Of a DNA stretch of 64,000 bases, positions 47,239-59,978 are shown piece after piece. This DNA is from a virus. A program made the translations under genes and the position numbers. Position 1 is the first letter of the stretch. Every line of letters begins with the position of its first letter. Location of the stretch: the IMG/VR virus record IMGVR_UViG_3300045988_056908, positions 65,792 through 129,791 of that record; one strand, written 5' to 3'. The notes below the pieces were generated by a model, which saw only the letters and a list, made by a program, of their open reading frames with translations, searched no databases and was not told where the DNA came from.

Positions 47239-47805
47239 ATGAGTATGAATGTATTTAATTATAACACTTTAACTAAATAGTTAGAGATAAATGAACCAGA
47301 GCTTCTTCTAGTTAAAGAGTTTAAGGCTTTGATACAGAGAGATAAATCTGTTGACAAGGAACGAGTAACTAGAGAATTGTCTTACATTTATCTAGCTATT
47401 GATTGGAAGAGTCCTTATAGCCAATATTCAGAACATGAAAGACATGATGAAGCTATTAGTGACTCTGGACTATCTGAATCCGAATTTAATGACCCGTTAT
47501 TCAGGGAAGCCTGTAGAAAATACCGAGCATTGTAGGATTCTAACAAATCAATAAAACTTCTAGAAGCAGCTAAAAGAGCAGCTGACTAGTTTATTGATTA
47601 TTTTGATACTATAGTAGATTTAAATGAACGTGATAATAATGGCAAACCCGTCTTTCAAGCTGAAAAGGTAATGAAAGAAATGGCTACTCTTCATAAAGTT
47701 CATGAAGAATTAGTAACACTAGAAGAGCAGGTTAAGAAAGAGCTTACAGAACAATCTACTGTAAGAGGTGGAGCTACAGACGGCTTTGACCCAGGAGACT
47801 TTTAA
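47239..47805 (+). CDS. hypothetical protein (4 TAG read as sense)
   Basis: MSMNVFNYNTLTK(TAG)LEINEPELLLVKEFKALIQRDKSVDKERV... ends ...GFDPGDF then TAA. In frame. Confidence 0.55.
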
Positions 47806-47807
47806 TT

Positions 47808-50168
47808 ATGCCTAGAAAGAAAAAAATATTACCTGAAGAAATCTAGAATATAGTAGATTAGGTAAGAGAGAAAGAACAAAAAGAGGATGCCAAAGAAGCT
47901 AGAGAACTAGTATAGAAGATAAGAGAGGAAAGAGGCAAAAATGCTGATTATTGGGATGTAAAAAGAGGAGATAAGATAGAGGTATTTGACCCTACTTTAT
48001 CTTATGAAATAACTGGATATAGACCAATAGATGAAACACATGGTCTTGACTTCGACCCAGATTGGTTTACTGAGACCAGAGAAGTGTATAGAAAAACTGG
48101 AAAGTATTGTCCATATCTAAAAGATAGTAAGAGATATAATGAGTTTTGGAAGGAATAGTATAGAAGATGTAAATATGGAATGACTGTTAATGGTTATACA
48201 ATTACTGGAGATAACTATTTCTTCCTAAACTTCTACTAGCTTCCTATTATTGATGATAACAAGGCATCTGGAGAAGGAACAAGTAGTGACTTTCCTATAT
48301 TTTTCGCATCTCATTATATGTTCTTTCATTATCTATAGATGGCTAGAGTTCTGCATAAACACGCAGCTCTTATGAAAGCTCGTTCTATTGGATTCTCTGA
48401 AATAAATGCATCCTTATCTGCAAGAATGTATTCAGTAATCAGAAGAAGCAGAGTAATGATTACTTGTTTTAATGATACCTTCCTTAAAGGTACTTTTAGT
48501 AAGTTTGATAATGCTTTAACATTCTTGAATACTTGTACAGGAGGAGGATTCTTCAAACTACGTTTGATTGACCAAGACTTAAGAAAGAAGTCTGGTAAAC
48601 AGATTAAGGTAAACGGACAGTTTGAGGATGTTGGATTTAAATCAGAAGTAGTTGGAATAAATGGAGCTAAGGCATCTAATATTCGTGGAGACCGTGTTGA
48701 CCTATTAATATATGATGAAGCGGGGTCTTGGCCCGGACTAGATACTGCTGTAGTGCAGGGACAAGAGCTTTGTGAAGTTCAGGGTAAACCTCGTGGAACA
48801 ATGTTATTTGGAGGTACTGGTGGTGATATGGGTGCTCCATTAGCAGGTCTTAAGAAGATATATTACAATCCAAAAGCTTACAAGGTTCTTCCATTTAGAC
48901 ACAATTATACACAGGACGGAACTACTATTGAAAGTGGGTTCTTCATTCCATATTTTGTCTAGTCTCTAAATTCAGAATACATGGACCATAGAGGTGTATG
49001 TAATACAGTAGAATATAAAAAGTATCTATAGGAAGAGCGCGACAATTTATTAGCAGTTCCAGACGACTATCTAAAGAAGTGTGCCGAACGATGTTGGAAT
49101 GCAGAAGAAGCATTTAATCTTGAAGGTGTTAACAAGTTCAACAAGATTCTTATTGCGGACCAGTTAGCTAATATAAGACTTAAGAAAATAGGACCAAGAC
49201 CAGAATCTGGATACATAGACTACTTCTATAAAAATAATAAACACACCTAGGATAATATAGATGGTTTTAAATGGATTCCTAATATTAACGGAAAAGTAAA
49301 AATACTTGAACATCCTGTATGGTCTGATTTGTATAAAGAGTAGATGGATAAACTTAGATAGGAAGCTGAGGAAAGGGGAGAAGAATTTGAATCTCCAGCG
49401 TACAAAGAAATGCATGATTTATATGTTGCAGGAATAGACGGTATTGATATAGGAGCTAGTCAAACTTCAAAAGAAACAAGAGATCCTTCTGATTTCTGTA
49501 TAACTATAAAAAGAAGAGCATTTGGTCTAAACGAACCGTAGTATGTTGCTATGTATAAAGACAGACCTAATGACATTAGAGAAGCCTATAAAATAGCTAT
49601 GTGTTTAGCTAGATACTATAATTGTAGAATAAACATAGAAGCTACCCGTGTAGGTATGATTACCTGGGCTAGAGAAAAGGGTTGTTTAAACTACTTTATG
49701 AAAAGACCTAGAGCTACTCTAACAGACGTCAAGAATGGAACTACTAAATAGTACGGAACACCCGCTACCAAAACTATTATAGAACAACATACTGATTTGA
49801 CGGCAGCCTTTATTGAGGATTTCTGTCATACTATATGGTTTGAAGAAATGTTAGACCAATTTACTGGATATAATGATGAGAATAAAGGTAAATTCGATAT
49901 TGTAGCCGCTGTGGGAATGACAGAATTGGCAGACTAGGAATTGTCAGGAAGATAGCCAGTGCTTGTTGAAAAAGAAGTTGAACAATTCCAAGATTATGGT
50001 TATTATTACGACGAGAGAGGAATCAAAAGATTTGGGGTTATACCAACTTCTAAGACTTTTGAAACTAACATACAAAAAAATGAATACGATGACCCATACA
50101 GAATTGAAACAAGTGATTCTAGGTTATATGAGAGACTTGTACAAAATGGAATACGTAGGTGGGCTTGA
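47808..50168 (+). CDS. terL: terminase large subunit (TerL); about 25 in-frame TAG codons read as sense
   Basis: Single frame from ATG 47808 to TGA 50168 (786 aa) once TAG is read as sense. ATPase region KQIKVNGQFEDVGF...RVDLLIYDEAGSW. Nuclease region DFCITIKRR...IAMCLARYYNCRINIEATRVGMITWAREKG. Listed fragments 48339.., 49551.., and 49959..50168 are all in this frame. Confidence 0.75.
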
Positions 50169-50424
50169 AATTCAGAACCTAGATCCAGTTGGTTATAAGG
50201 TATCGTTTAACTTTGATAGGTCAGAGATGCCTTTAGTCATTATAGCTGATTTACCTGATGAAGAATTTCTCCCATTTATAAAGGAAGAATTAAGAAGTAG
50301 GAAGTTACAAAGAGTTAAATACTATAATGCAACTAAACTTCCTCCAGAACAGCATAATTTATGTTATGAAAGAAAAAGAACTGATAGACAAGACGAACGA
50401 GGCTATTGCGGAGCTTGTATATGA
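50080..50424 (+). CDS. hypothetical protein overlapping the TerL 3' end in another frame (start uncertain)
   Basis: Frame +1 ORF (listed 49963..50424). First plausible ATG after the TerL core is at 50080. Confidence 0.3.
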   Translation: MNTMTHTELKQVILGYMRDLYKMEYVGGLEIQNLDPVGYKVSFNFDRSEMPLVIIADLPDEEFLPFIKEELRSRKLQRVKYYNATKLPPEQHNLCYERKRTDRQDERGYCGACI

Positions 50425-52537
50425 TAAGTACGAATTATAGAAAGCCTATAATTACTACAACGGAAAGAGAGACCCAGAATAGTTTCGTTACCTGGAAGAA
50501 AACTTCGGAATAGGTAGTCCTACTTCTGTAGAATTTACACCGTTACTAAAGAAGCACGTAGATGCTCTAGTAGGGGAATATCTAGGAACCCCTATCCTTC
50601 CGAAGATTTCTTGTAAGGATTCAGATACCATTAGTAATATCACTAGAGAAAAATAGTTGGAAATAACTAAAGGGATAGTTAAATTTCTTAGAGACCATTT
50701 AAGTAATTCTATTCTGAAATTTATCGACGGAAAAGATATTACAGATAAAGCCGTGAAGACTTAGTTAGATAAAATTATTCAAGACATTGATTAGTCTTTT
50801 ATTTCTCAATATGAGATAGCTGCATAGAATATTATTCATTATATCATGCAGTCTAGAGAAACCGATTTAATAACTAAACTCCGATAGTTACTTACAGATT
50901 TATTAATTACTGGCTATACATTTTTCAGAGTAAAATCATCATCTTCTGGAACTAACATAGAAATAGAAGTTCTGAATCCTTTAAATACCTTCGTAGATAG
51001 GAATCCAGAATCTCCATATGTTAGAAATTCGTACAGAGTAGTAGTTAGAAAATGGATGAGTAAAAGCTAGATATTAGCTAAATACGGAAAAGAAATCTCT
51101 AGAGAAGATTTGAAAAGACTAAAAGATGAATGGAGAGCTGATAATTCAGCTGCAGTTTATAGAAGAGTTTATGGTGACACTTGTACTATAGTAAACGAAG
51201 ATTAGAATCATGAAACTATTCCTGGATATCCAGATAATGAATATAGTGCTCATAGATTTTAGTTAATTCCTGTTTATGATGTAGAGTGGATAGAAACTGA
51301 TGACGATTTTGTAATGTAGAGATACAATACCATTAGAATTGGAGAAGAAATATATATTCTGAGAGGTCTAGACAAGACTGTTATGAGGTCGAAAGATAAT
51401 CCTAATTTCTGCTCTTTGTCTGTGAATGGGGTATATTTCTTAAATCGTTCTCAACAACCGTACTCTCTGATATTAAAGTGTGCACATCTACAGGATAGAT
51501 ATGACTTGTTAAATTATTATAGGGATAACCTGATAGCTAACAGCGGTACTGCTGGAGTAATCATGGATATGTCATTGCTTCCTACTAACCTAGGCGTAAA
51601 ATGGCCAGAAAGAGTATAGAAATGGTTAGCATACAAGAAGGGTGGTATCATGTGGATTGATTCTACTTAGGAAGGGAGAAATGATGGAGCGCAAGCACCT
51701 AACTAGATATACAATGGATTTGATGATACCTTAAAAGCTTAGGCTGTATAGGCTATTGAATTAGCAATTCAATCAGTAGAACAAACTACATCATCTATAA
51801 CTGGAGTATTTAGAGAAAGATTAAATGGAATAGAAACTCACGATGCTGTAACTAACATTAAGCAAGGTGTTACTAACTCTTACATAGTAACCAAGCATTA
51901 TTTCTAGTAGATGGACCTAATCACTTGTGAAATATTATTGGATAGTCTAAACTAGGCTAAAATAACATATAAGAAAGGATTGACTGGTACTATTATACTT
52001 GGAGATAAATACTAGCAGATATTTACAGCGCTTCCAGAATATTTTACGGTTACTGATTATGACATCCATATAACTTCTAGCTCTGAAGTAATGGAAGATT
52101 TACAAACTATTAAAGCCATTATTCCAGAGTTTGTTAAGAGTCAGCAAATGGATCCTGACATCATATTTGAAGCACTAACTGCTAAGAGTCTTACAGACCT
52201 TAAATATAAGGTTAAGAAAGCAGTATAGATTCGTAAAGAAGAAAACAATTAGCTATAGCAGCTATAGGAAAAACTGGAAGAAACTTCACAATAGGCACAG
52301 CAGTTACAGCAAGAACTATAGAAAGCTTAGTAGAAGATAGAAAGTTTGGATGAATAGAGATTAGGATTAGAGTAGCAGAAAATGTAGTTAGAATATAAAG
52401 TTAACTGGCTCAAAGCTCAATCTGATTCTACATATAAAGATAGACAAATGGATATAGAAGAAAAGAGAACTGAAATAGAGTTAGCTTAGCTTCATGATGG
52501 AAATCCATATAATGACAAAATAAGACAAATACATTAA
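50327..52537 (+). CDS. portal protein (many in-frame TAG codons read as sense; start may be 50366)
   Basis: 736-aa frame opens after TAA 50291-50293. M(TAG)LNFL...MKEKELIDKTNEAIAELVYDKYEL(TAG)KAYNYYNGKRD.... Position and size right after TerL. Q-rich coiled-coil C-terminus. Confidence 0.6.
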
Positions 52538-52538
52538 T

Positions 52539-53273
52539 ATGGCAACTGGAACAATTGTATATAATAAGGATTAGCAATAGATTTATCCTATTTCAGATGG
52601 TTCAGTAATTATTAGTAATGCTTCTGGTTCCAAATCAAATGTGGAAGAAGATTTAAAGAAACTATTTAAATAGGTGTCAGACCTTTCTGGTTCTAGTGAA
52701 GCGGTAAATAATATTATTATTAAGATTCATTACTTACCTGCTGACACTGCTGAAGAATCTGAGATAAAATTATCTACTAAATAGTGGACTGATACTTTTG
52801 AACTTCCAACTGAAGAGAATCCATACATCTGGAAAAGAACTAAATTTACTTTCTAGGGAGCTGACGAATCTCAGGGAACTACTATTTATGAGATTGTAGC
52901 AAGCGATGTTTCTACTATTATCTAGAATATATACACTAGAACTGAGGGAATAACTCCAGTTATTGAGTATAAGCAGAAAACAGATGAGGATGGAAATCCT
53001 CTATATGTAGATTCGGAAGGACATGAAACAACGACTGTTACTCCAACTAAAGTGTATGACTATAATTATTATTGGAATGGAAAACCAGCTGGTAAGTTAA
53101 ATAGTCTACCACCGACCCCTAAAGGTTAGTCATATACATGGACAGACTATCCTCAAGATATTAGTTTATCATTTAGTTCAGTTTTTATGTCTAGACGTAT
53201 ACGACAAGAAGGTAAGTGGAAACCATTTTCTACTCCTGCTCAATATGGTCAATGGCCTACTACTGAGTCTTAA
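52539..53273 (+). CDS. virion-associated hypothetical protein (TAG recoded)
   Basis: MATGTIVYNKD(TAG)(TAG)(TAG)IYPISDGSVIISN... 244 aa, in frame to TAA. Confidence 0.5.
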
Positions 53274-53283
53274 TTATTATAAT

Positions 53284-54012
53284 ATGGAATTTAGTATTGA
53301 TATACATACCCAGATTAACGGGGAAATAACTATTGAAGACTTTTCAAAGGAATATGGATAGTATATTGATGAAGATTTAGAGGTAGTAACTTCCTATGAT
53401 TCTTATAAGTATAGTGAAAGTGCTACCCTAAATACTATCATAAAAGTTAGTATAGGAGATGCTACTTTGATAGACGTACTTCTCAATGACCATACAGAGG
53501 ATTTAGACTCTTGTACATTTAAGGTGAAAGAAGATGGATATTATGTAGTAGACCACATAATTCTTCCTAATATGAAATGGTATGAAAATTCATCTGATGA
53601 ATACAAGGAGTATTATGAAACTATCTATATAACTGATGGAGAGAAACTATATAAAGAAGTAGATGGAGAGCTAGAGGAATGTACTGTAAAAGAAATCCTT
53701 GAAAGAAATATAGAAGGGACTACTATCAAAAAATGTAAGGTAGATGTGTTCTTTACAGGAAATCTGCAATAGTGTTATATTAACTACTGTAAGAAACTCT
53801 TTGACTCTTTATTAAATAAGTGTTTAACTAGAGAACATGATGCAGATATATTTGCAAGAGATTTTATCTGGATGACACTTAACATTATAGATTATTTAAT
53901 AGGCTTTAAACAATTCATGGAAGCTGAAAGATTGTTAGCAATGTTCCGTACTTGCGGTGGATTCTGTAACAATCACCATGAACATAAACGTATAGGTTGT
54001 GGATGCTCTTAA
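53284..54012 (+). CDS. hypothetical protein with Cys-rich C-terminus (TAG recoded)
   Basis: MEFSIDIHT(TAG)INGE... incorporates listed ORF 53467..53772 ... ends CGGFCNNHHEHKRIGCGCS then TAA. Confidence 0.5.
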
Positions 54013-54167
54013 AAGAAAGGCTATTAAAAGGTATGAGGATTTCCTTAAAAGGGTTAGAAAGGGATATAGACCAGATTATTAGGATATTTTGAATCTAATT
54101 TGTTTTATTAACCTACCCGTAAAATTAGATAATCACGAATTTATTAAATAGCAATTATTGAATCATA

Positions 54168-55757
54168 ATGATACAGCCTATTTATACTTCGGTAAGCAAT
54201 GCTGATATAAAGCCTTGTGGAAAGAAAGGACATTTAATAAAAAGTGAACCTATACCTCTCCTAAGAAACAACTATCTTGGAGAATATAGAACTGAATTAG
54301 AAAGAGCTAAGGTTAGAAAGAATCTAGGTATTGCTGATGAGTAGAGTCTTCTTTGGGGAAATATAGAAGGAACTATAGAAGCCTAGAAAGATTTAGTATA
54401 GTACATAGAATAGAAATGGACTTATACTAGTGATGTTGCAGAGAATATCAATACTGTAAAAGATGCCTTAGATTATGCTTTATTCTTTATAAGTTAGTAC
54501 GAAGCTAATACAGAAGAAATAGAGGAGATAAAAGTTGATATAAGTAATATCAGAACTTCTATTACTGTACTTAAGGAAGAACTTGAAGAAGAAATTGAAT
54601 CTAACAGAACTGGCATAAACAATCTTTCTGAGAAAATAACCTAGATTAATGAGGCAATAGAGGATATTAACGAGTCTATCAAAAATATAGATGTTGACAA
54701 AAACATCTAGAATTGGATAACTAATAGTCTAAGAAACTCCAAAACCATAGAAATAAAGGATGATAATACTCTAGAAGTAATTCTATCTTAGTAGGAGGAT
54801 AATGCAATACATCTGATTCAGTAGGAAATTCCTCCAGTAGAGGAGGAAGGAGAACCTTCCACAGTAGTTCTACCTGGAATATATGTAAAAGACCTGGAAC
54901 CATCTCTAACAGAGGTAAAGGAAGAAGTTAAGGGAGTATAGGAAGCTTAGAAGAACACTGATTCTAAAGTAGATTCTAATACTGAGAATATCACAAATAT
55001 ATAGACAAGTTTAGAAACTATAGCTACTTATCAAACTGAACTTCCAGATGATACTACTTCTACTGTTATTCAAGGAACTACAGTTGAAAAATTGAAAGGA
55101 AAGCCGTTTAATGAGATTATAGACACTCTATTATTTCCTACTGTTGTTAGAGATTTGGTTTATCCTTAGTTGTATTATAGCTTCACCTCTTAGATTGTGG
55201 AGGTAGGATCCGCTTTACTTACCCCTACTTTAACATTTATAAAAAATGATGCTGGAGAGGAAACTGGTAGAGAAGAAACTATTACCTATAATGATTCTCC
55301 TGTAGAATCTGAAACATATGATTCTATCGGTGTTTATGTGCATTCTGGTACCGTAAATTATGCTGCTGGAGAATATCTTATTAACAACAAGGGAGAGGTT
55401 ACAGACAAGAGGGTGGAGGCTGGTTCAATATCAACTACAGCATAGGTGACTGCTACCTACCCTTGGTATTCTGGTAATACAAATAGTTTAATCAAATAGA
55501 GTCTTGTCCCATTTGGACAATCTTCTGGAATTATTACATTTTCATTAAGTGGAAAGGCTATTATAAAATTACCTGGAAGTAATACTTAGCTAAATTCATT
55601 TACAGTAGATGGAGGACTAGGATACCTAAATGTTGATTTAAGTGGCTGGGAAACTTCTACTGAATAGATAAATGGATTTCCTTATAAAGTATGGACTAAG
55701 AAGGATACTTATTCTTCAGCATTGCCTCATCAAATTAACTTTACTTTATCACAATAA
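54168..55757 (+). CDS. structural (tail-fibre-like) protein with coiled-coil segment (TAG recoded)
   Basis: 529-aa frame MIQPIYTSVSNADIKPCGKKGH... incorporates listed ORF 55197..55445. In frame to TAA 55755-55757. Confidence 0.5.
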
Positions 55758-57625
55758 TGGCATTTAAATATACAGGTGATGCTACATTAGGCGTTGCTTT
55801 AACCGTAGAAACTCCTAAACCTCTTGATAATAGAACAGTAGTCGATAATTTAGACGAATTATATTCTATTCCGGAGAAATATGCTTATCAAGGCATGACC
55901 GTTTCAAATATAGATAACGGAAATATTTATATGCTAGTAGATAAGTCTAAGATTAAATACAAAGAAGGTTGGAAAGCTTCTTATGAATCTATTTAGATAA
56001 TCACCTGTACAGAGGCTGAATATAAGGAATGGTCTGAAAATACCACAGAAGATTTTAAACCTATAGACGAAAATAAAACATATCTTCATGCAGAAACATA
56101 TTATTATATATATGAAGACAGCCTAGATGATGATTAGTTTTATTTATCAGCAGAATGGGGTAAAAAGATAGAGGAATAGTTGAAATAGAAAGCTCTAAAT
56201 ACTACTGTCGTACAGATTAGAACGGATTTAGACTAGACAATCTCTAACCTTTCCAAGTATGCTACTCTTGAAGAGTTAACTGAGAATTATGCCCCTAAAA
56301 CTGATCTAGATTTAGAGGACCCAGAATCCTTGTTATCTAAAGCCTTATCTAACCATTATACTAAGGAAGAAACTGATGACATATTTGTTACCAAAGAAAG
56401 TCTTAGAGGAGAAGGAATGGAAGGAGATGATTTTGTCTTTGTTACAAAGAAATAGTATGACGAAGACCAATAGGCTATTCAAGATGAGCTAGATAAGACT
56501 TTAAAGGTAGATGGAGATGGTTCCCTAGAAAGTATTACTGTAGGATAGATAAAGTCTCCAGTAGTAGAAGGAGAGGATTAGCTAGTAGTAGATGTTAAAT
56601 CTGATGGGTTGTTTGTTGGAGAAGACCAATTCGCAATGATGTCAGATGTTCCTAATCTGGTTACATTAACTGAAGAGGAATATTTAAAACTAGTAGAAGA
56701 GGAGGCTATAGAACCTGACACATATTACTATGTGTATGATGTAACAAATGATGCTAAAGTTTATATTACTAAGGAGTACTTAGATCAAAATTACCATACT
56801 ACACATCAGTATTAGTCCTGGGTTGCCACTAATTATTATTCAAAGACATAGATTGATGAAATTGTTTCTGGTTTATAGAAACTAGGAAGCTACGTTACTA
56901 CAGAAGATATTAAAGCATACTACACTAGCTCGTAGGTAGATGAAAAGTTTCTTACAAAAGAAAATGCTCAATCTACATACGCCACTCAATAGTCGTTAAC
57001 TGACCTTTCCGATTAGATAGCAGAGGAGTATGTGACAAAAGAAAGTTTGAGAGGAGATTCTCCCGAAACCGGTGATGACGATTTTATATTTGTTACCTAG
57101 AAGAAATATTAGGAAGATTAGGATGCCGCTTCTAAGGAATTTAGCACAGAGCTTCTAAAATCAACCTCTATAGAAACTTCTGATATTACTATTTAGAAAA
57201 TTGTCGAAAAAGAAGTACAATAGGGAACAACTGGAGAAAGTTCAGAAGATGAAACAACTGAACAGACTATTGAAAGTTCTGTTAAACTTACTACAGAAGA
57301 CAATAGATTATTAGCATCTGGAAAGCAAGTTGCTCTTACAGAAGAGGTTCCTAAATTGGTATGTCTTCCACAAACAGATTATGATGACTTAGTTGAAAAT
57401 AATAAGACAGAGAACGATACGTACTATTGTACTTATGGAGAAAAAGATATATAGGATACAGGATATGTCAGAAGTGAATATCTGACAGAACGCTACTATA
57501 CAAAAGCTGAGGTGGAAGAATTAATAAAGGCTGCTGTAGACGAATTGTAGAAGAAAATAGATGCAATATAGCCTGGTTCTGGTAACGTACAGGTAGATGG
57601 AGAAAATAAACAATTAATATTTTAA
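55757..57625 (+). CDS. tail-fibre-like protein with internal sequence repeats (TAG recoded)
   Basis: 622-aa frame. Repeated blocks VTKESLRGEGMEGDDFVFVTKK(TAG)YDED(TAG)(TAG)A and VTKESLRGDSPETGDDDFIFVT(TAG)KKY(TAG)ED(TAG)DA. Incorporates listed ORFs 55757..55996 and 56609..56815. Confidence 0.55.
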
Positions 57626-57630
57626 ATAGT

Positions 57631-57840
57631 ATGGGAACAATTTGGGTTGAAGGGTAGTTTAAGAACTCAGCAAAACCAGTAAAAGTTGTTGGAGGAAATG
57701 TAGGAGGATCTGGAATAGACCCAGATACATTAAAGAACTACGCTACCAAGGCTGAACTGTAGAAAGCTGTTGAAGACTTAACTGCCTCCATAGAAGGAAT
57801 AGATCATAATGTAGAAGAAGAAACTTTAATAATACAATAA
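57631..57840 (+). CDS. small virion-associated hypothetical protein (TAG recoded)
   Basis: MGTIWVEG(TAG)FKNSAKPVKVVGGNVGGSGIDPDTLKNYATKAEL(TAG)KAVEDL... 69 aa. Confidence 0.4.
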
Positions 57841-57841
57841 T

Positions 57842-59662
57842 ATGGCAGCTATCAAATCTATAAAGGTTAGAGAAACCGTATATGACTTAAAGGCTACCTA
57901 TGATGGCTCTGGAAATGTTATAGATTAGACATATGCAAAATCTAGTGCCATTCCAACTAAAGTGTCCTAGTTATAGAATGATGAAAATTATTTAAAGGAA
58001 CACTAGGATATAAGTGGTTTAGCTACTAAACCGGAGTTGGAAAGTAAGGTAGATAAAGAATTAGGAAAAGGACTTTCTGAAGCTAATTACACAGAAACTG
58101 AAAAACAGAAACTTAGTGGTATTGCAGATAATGCAAATAATTATGTACACCCAACTACTTCTGGAAATAAACACATACCTGCTGGAGGAGCACTTGGATA
58201 GATTTTAACCTTTTCTGAAGATGGGACTGCATAGTGGGCAGATACTAGTACTAAGTTAAAGAAACAATTTGATGCTCTTAATACTGCTTGGGAAGAATTA
58301 CAAAAAGAGCAATAGAGTCTAAGCAAACAAGTCACAGAGTTAAGCAGTAACGTAGACTTATACTCTTACGGAGTAGAATGGGATATTACCGTATTTTCTC
58401 CTATCCTTACTAGAATAGGAAACCCACTGTTACATAAATCCCTTCCTATTTAGTCTGCTTACAGAGGATGTGTAGCAAATAACGGTGCGGTAAATTACTA
58501 TTTATATCCAGACGATTGGGCTTACAAAGAAGATGGAAATACTCCTTCTGTGCTTGATGGAACTGATGGAACTGTAAGAGTCCACACTCCTAAATTTTAT
58601 GGTAAATCAGGCTCTAATGGAAATAAAAGATGGGTTAGAATTTCTCTAGTAAAGCTTGATGATTCATGGATAGAAATACCAGAACTATTAATTGACGCAT
58701 ATAGAAATACCGTTGATAATACTGTGTCAGCAACCCCTAAAGCTGTGTCTGTGGTCAATACTACAGAAGCATTTAGAGGTGGTGGAAATAGAGCACAATT
58801 CGATGAGTATCTAACTACTGAACTTGATACCAAAGATGCTTTTAGAAGCGATTTAGGAAAACCTAGAACTAATGTTTCTAGAACTAATATGAGAACTTAT
58901 GCTACAAATGCAGGTTCTGAATTATTATGCTATGAATATTATAAATGGATATTCTACTGGAACTATGTAATAGAATATGCTAACTTTAACTCTCAGGCTG
59001 CCTATAATGCCGAGCTTACTTCTGATGGTTATCGTCAAGGAGGACTTGGTCCTGGAGTTACAGACTGGAGTAACTCTGATACAAGTTGGTCTGAATATAA
59101 TGGAACCTATCCTATTACTCCATGTGGTTATTGTAATGATATTGGTAACTTCACTGGAATCAAAGATTTAGTTATTCCAGAGTGTACTGCAACAAACGGA
59201 ACAGGTACAGTAGCGACTAAGACATTTAAAGTTCCAAGATGGAGAGGTTTTGATAATCCATTTGGAGATATTTGGACAAACCTAGATGGAGTAGTTATTC
59301 AAAGAACTGCGGCAAATGAAATCAGTAGTGTATATACTACCACAAACAAGGAAGAGTTTACTGACGTAATTGGCAATAAGACCGTAGCAGGATACGAGGT
59401 AGCGCAAGATGGATACATTAAAGAGCTTGACTTGGGAGAGACAGCAGAGATTATACCATCTTCTTGTACTGGAGCCTCAGCTACAACTTATATGTGTGAC
59501 TACCACTCTTGCAACGCTACCTCTACAGCGCTTCGCACGCTGCTGGTGGGCGGCTACGCGTCTGATGGCGGCAATGCGGGTCTCGGCTATTTCTTTTCTA
59601 ACCGTGTCGTCGGCTTTGCCTCTTCCACTGTCGGGTTCAGGACTCTAAACAGAGTATCTTAA
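57842..59662 (+). CDS. tail fibre or receptor-binding protein; primary DGR target with C-terminal variable region (TAG recoded)
   Basis: 606-aa frame incorporating listed ORF 58550..59662. C-terminal CLec-like segment CDYHSCNATSTALRTLLVGGYASDGGNAGLGYFFSNRVVGFASSTVGFRTLNRVS encoded by GC-rich VR1. Confidence 0.7.
59540..59637 (+). repeat. DGR variable repeat 1 (VR1)
   Basis: Aligns to TR 59740-59837 with about 17 mismatches at TR adenines and about 3 elsewhere. Confidence 0.75.
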
Positions 59663-59739
59663 GATATAAAATATAGAAATCGATTTAGATATAAATCGTA
59701 GGATATTACTTCTAAAAACCGTTGATTGGCAAAAAAGAA

Positions 59740-59837
59740 CTGCTAGTAGGCAGCAACGCGAATAATGGCAGCAATGCAGGTCTCAGCTATTTCAATTCTA
59801 ACAATGGCGTCGGCTTTGCCGATTCCATTGTCGAGTT
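59740..59837 (+). repeat. DGR template repeat (TR)
   Basis: Non-coding A-rich copy of VR1 and VR2, located between the target gene and the RT. Followed by hairpin CTTGCC TCTA GGCAAG (59893-59910). Confidence 0.75.
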
Positions 59838-59978
59838 ATTATATATTTAGAACAATTTATTTTATTTTTTTTTAGTTTGCTAAGTAATATCCTTGCCTCT
59901 AGGCAAAAGACAACGTAGTGTTAAATGAAGGGTGTTAGTAGGTTAAATCTCGAAAGCTTCCGATGAAATATATAAAAA

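Noticed and set aside
58141-58833. Minus-strand ORFs 58141..58335 and 58597..58833
   Set aside because: They fall inside the TAG-recoded plus-strand tail-fibre gene. Antisense artefacts.
59893-59910. Hairpin CTTGCC-TCTA-GGCAAG read as a terminator
   Set aside because: It lies between TR and RT of the DGR, where a TR-proximal structured element is expected. Not called as an independent terminator.
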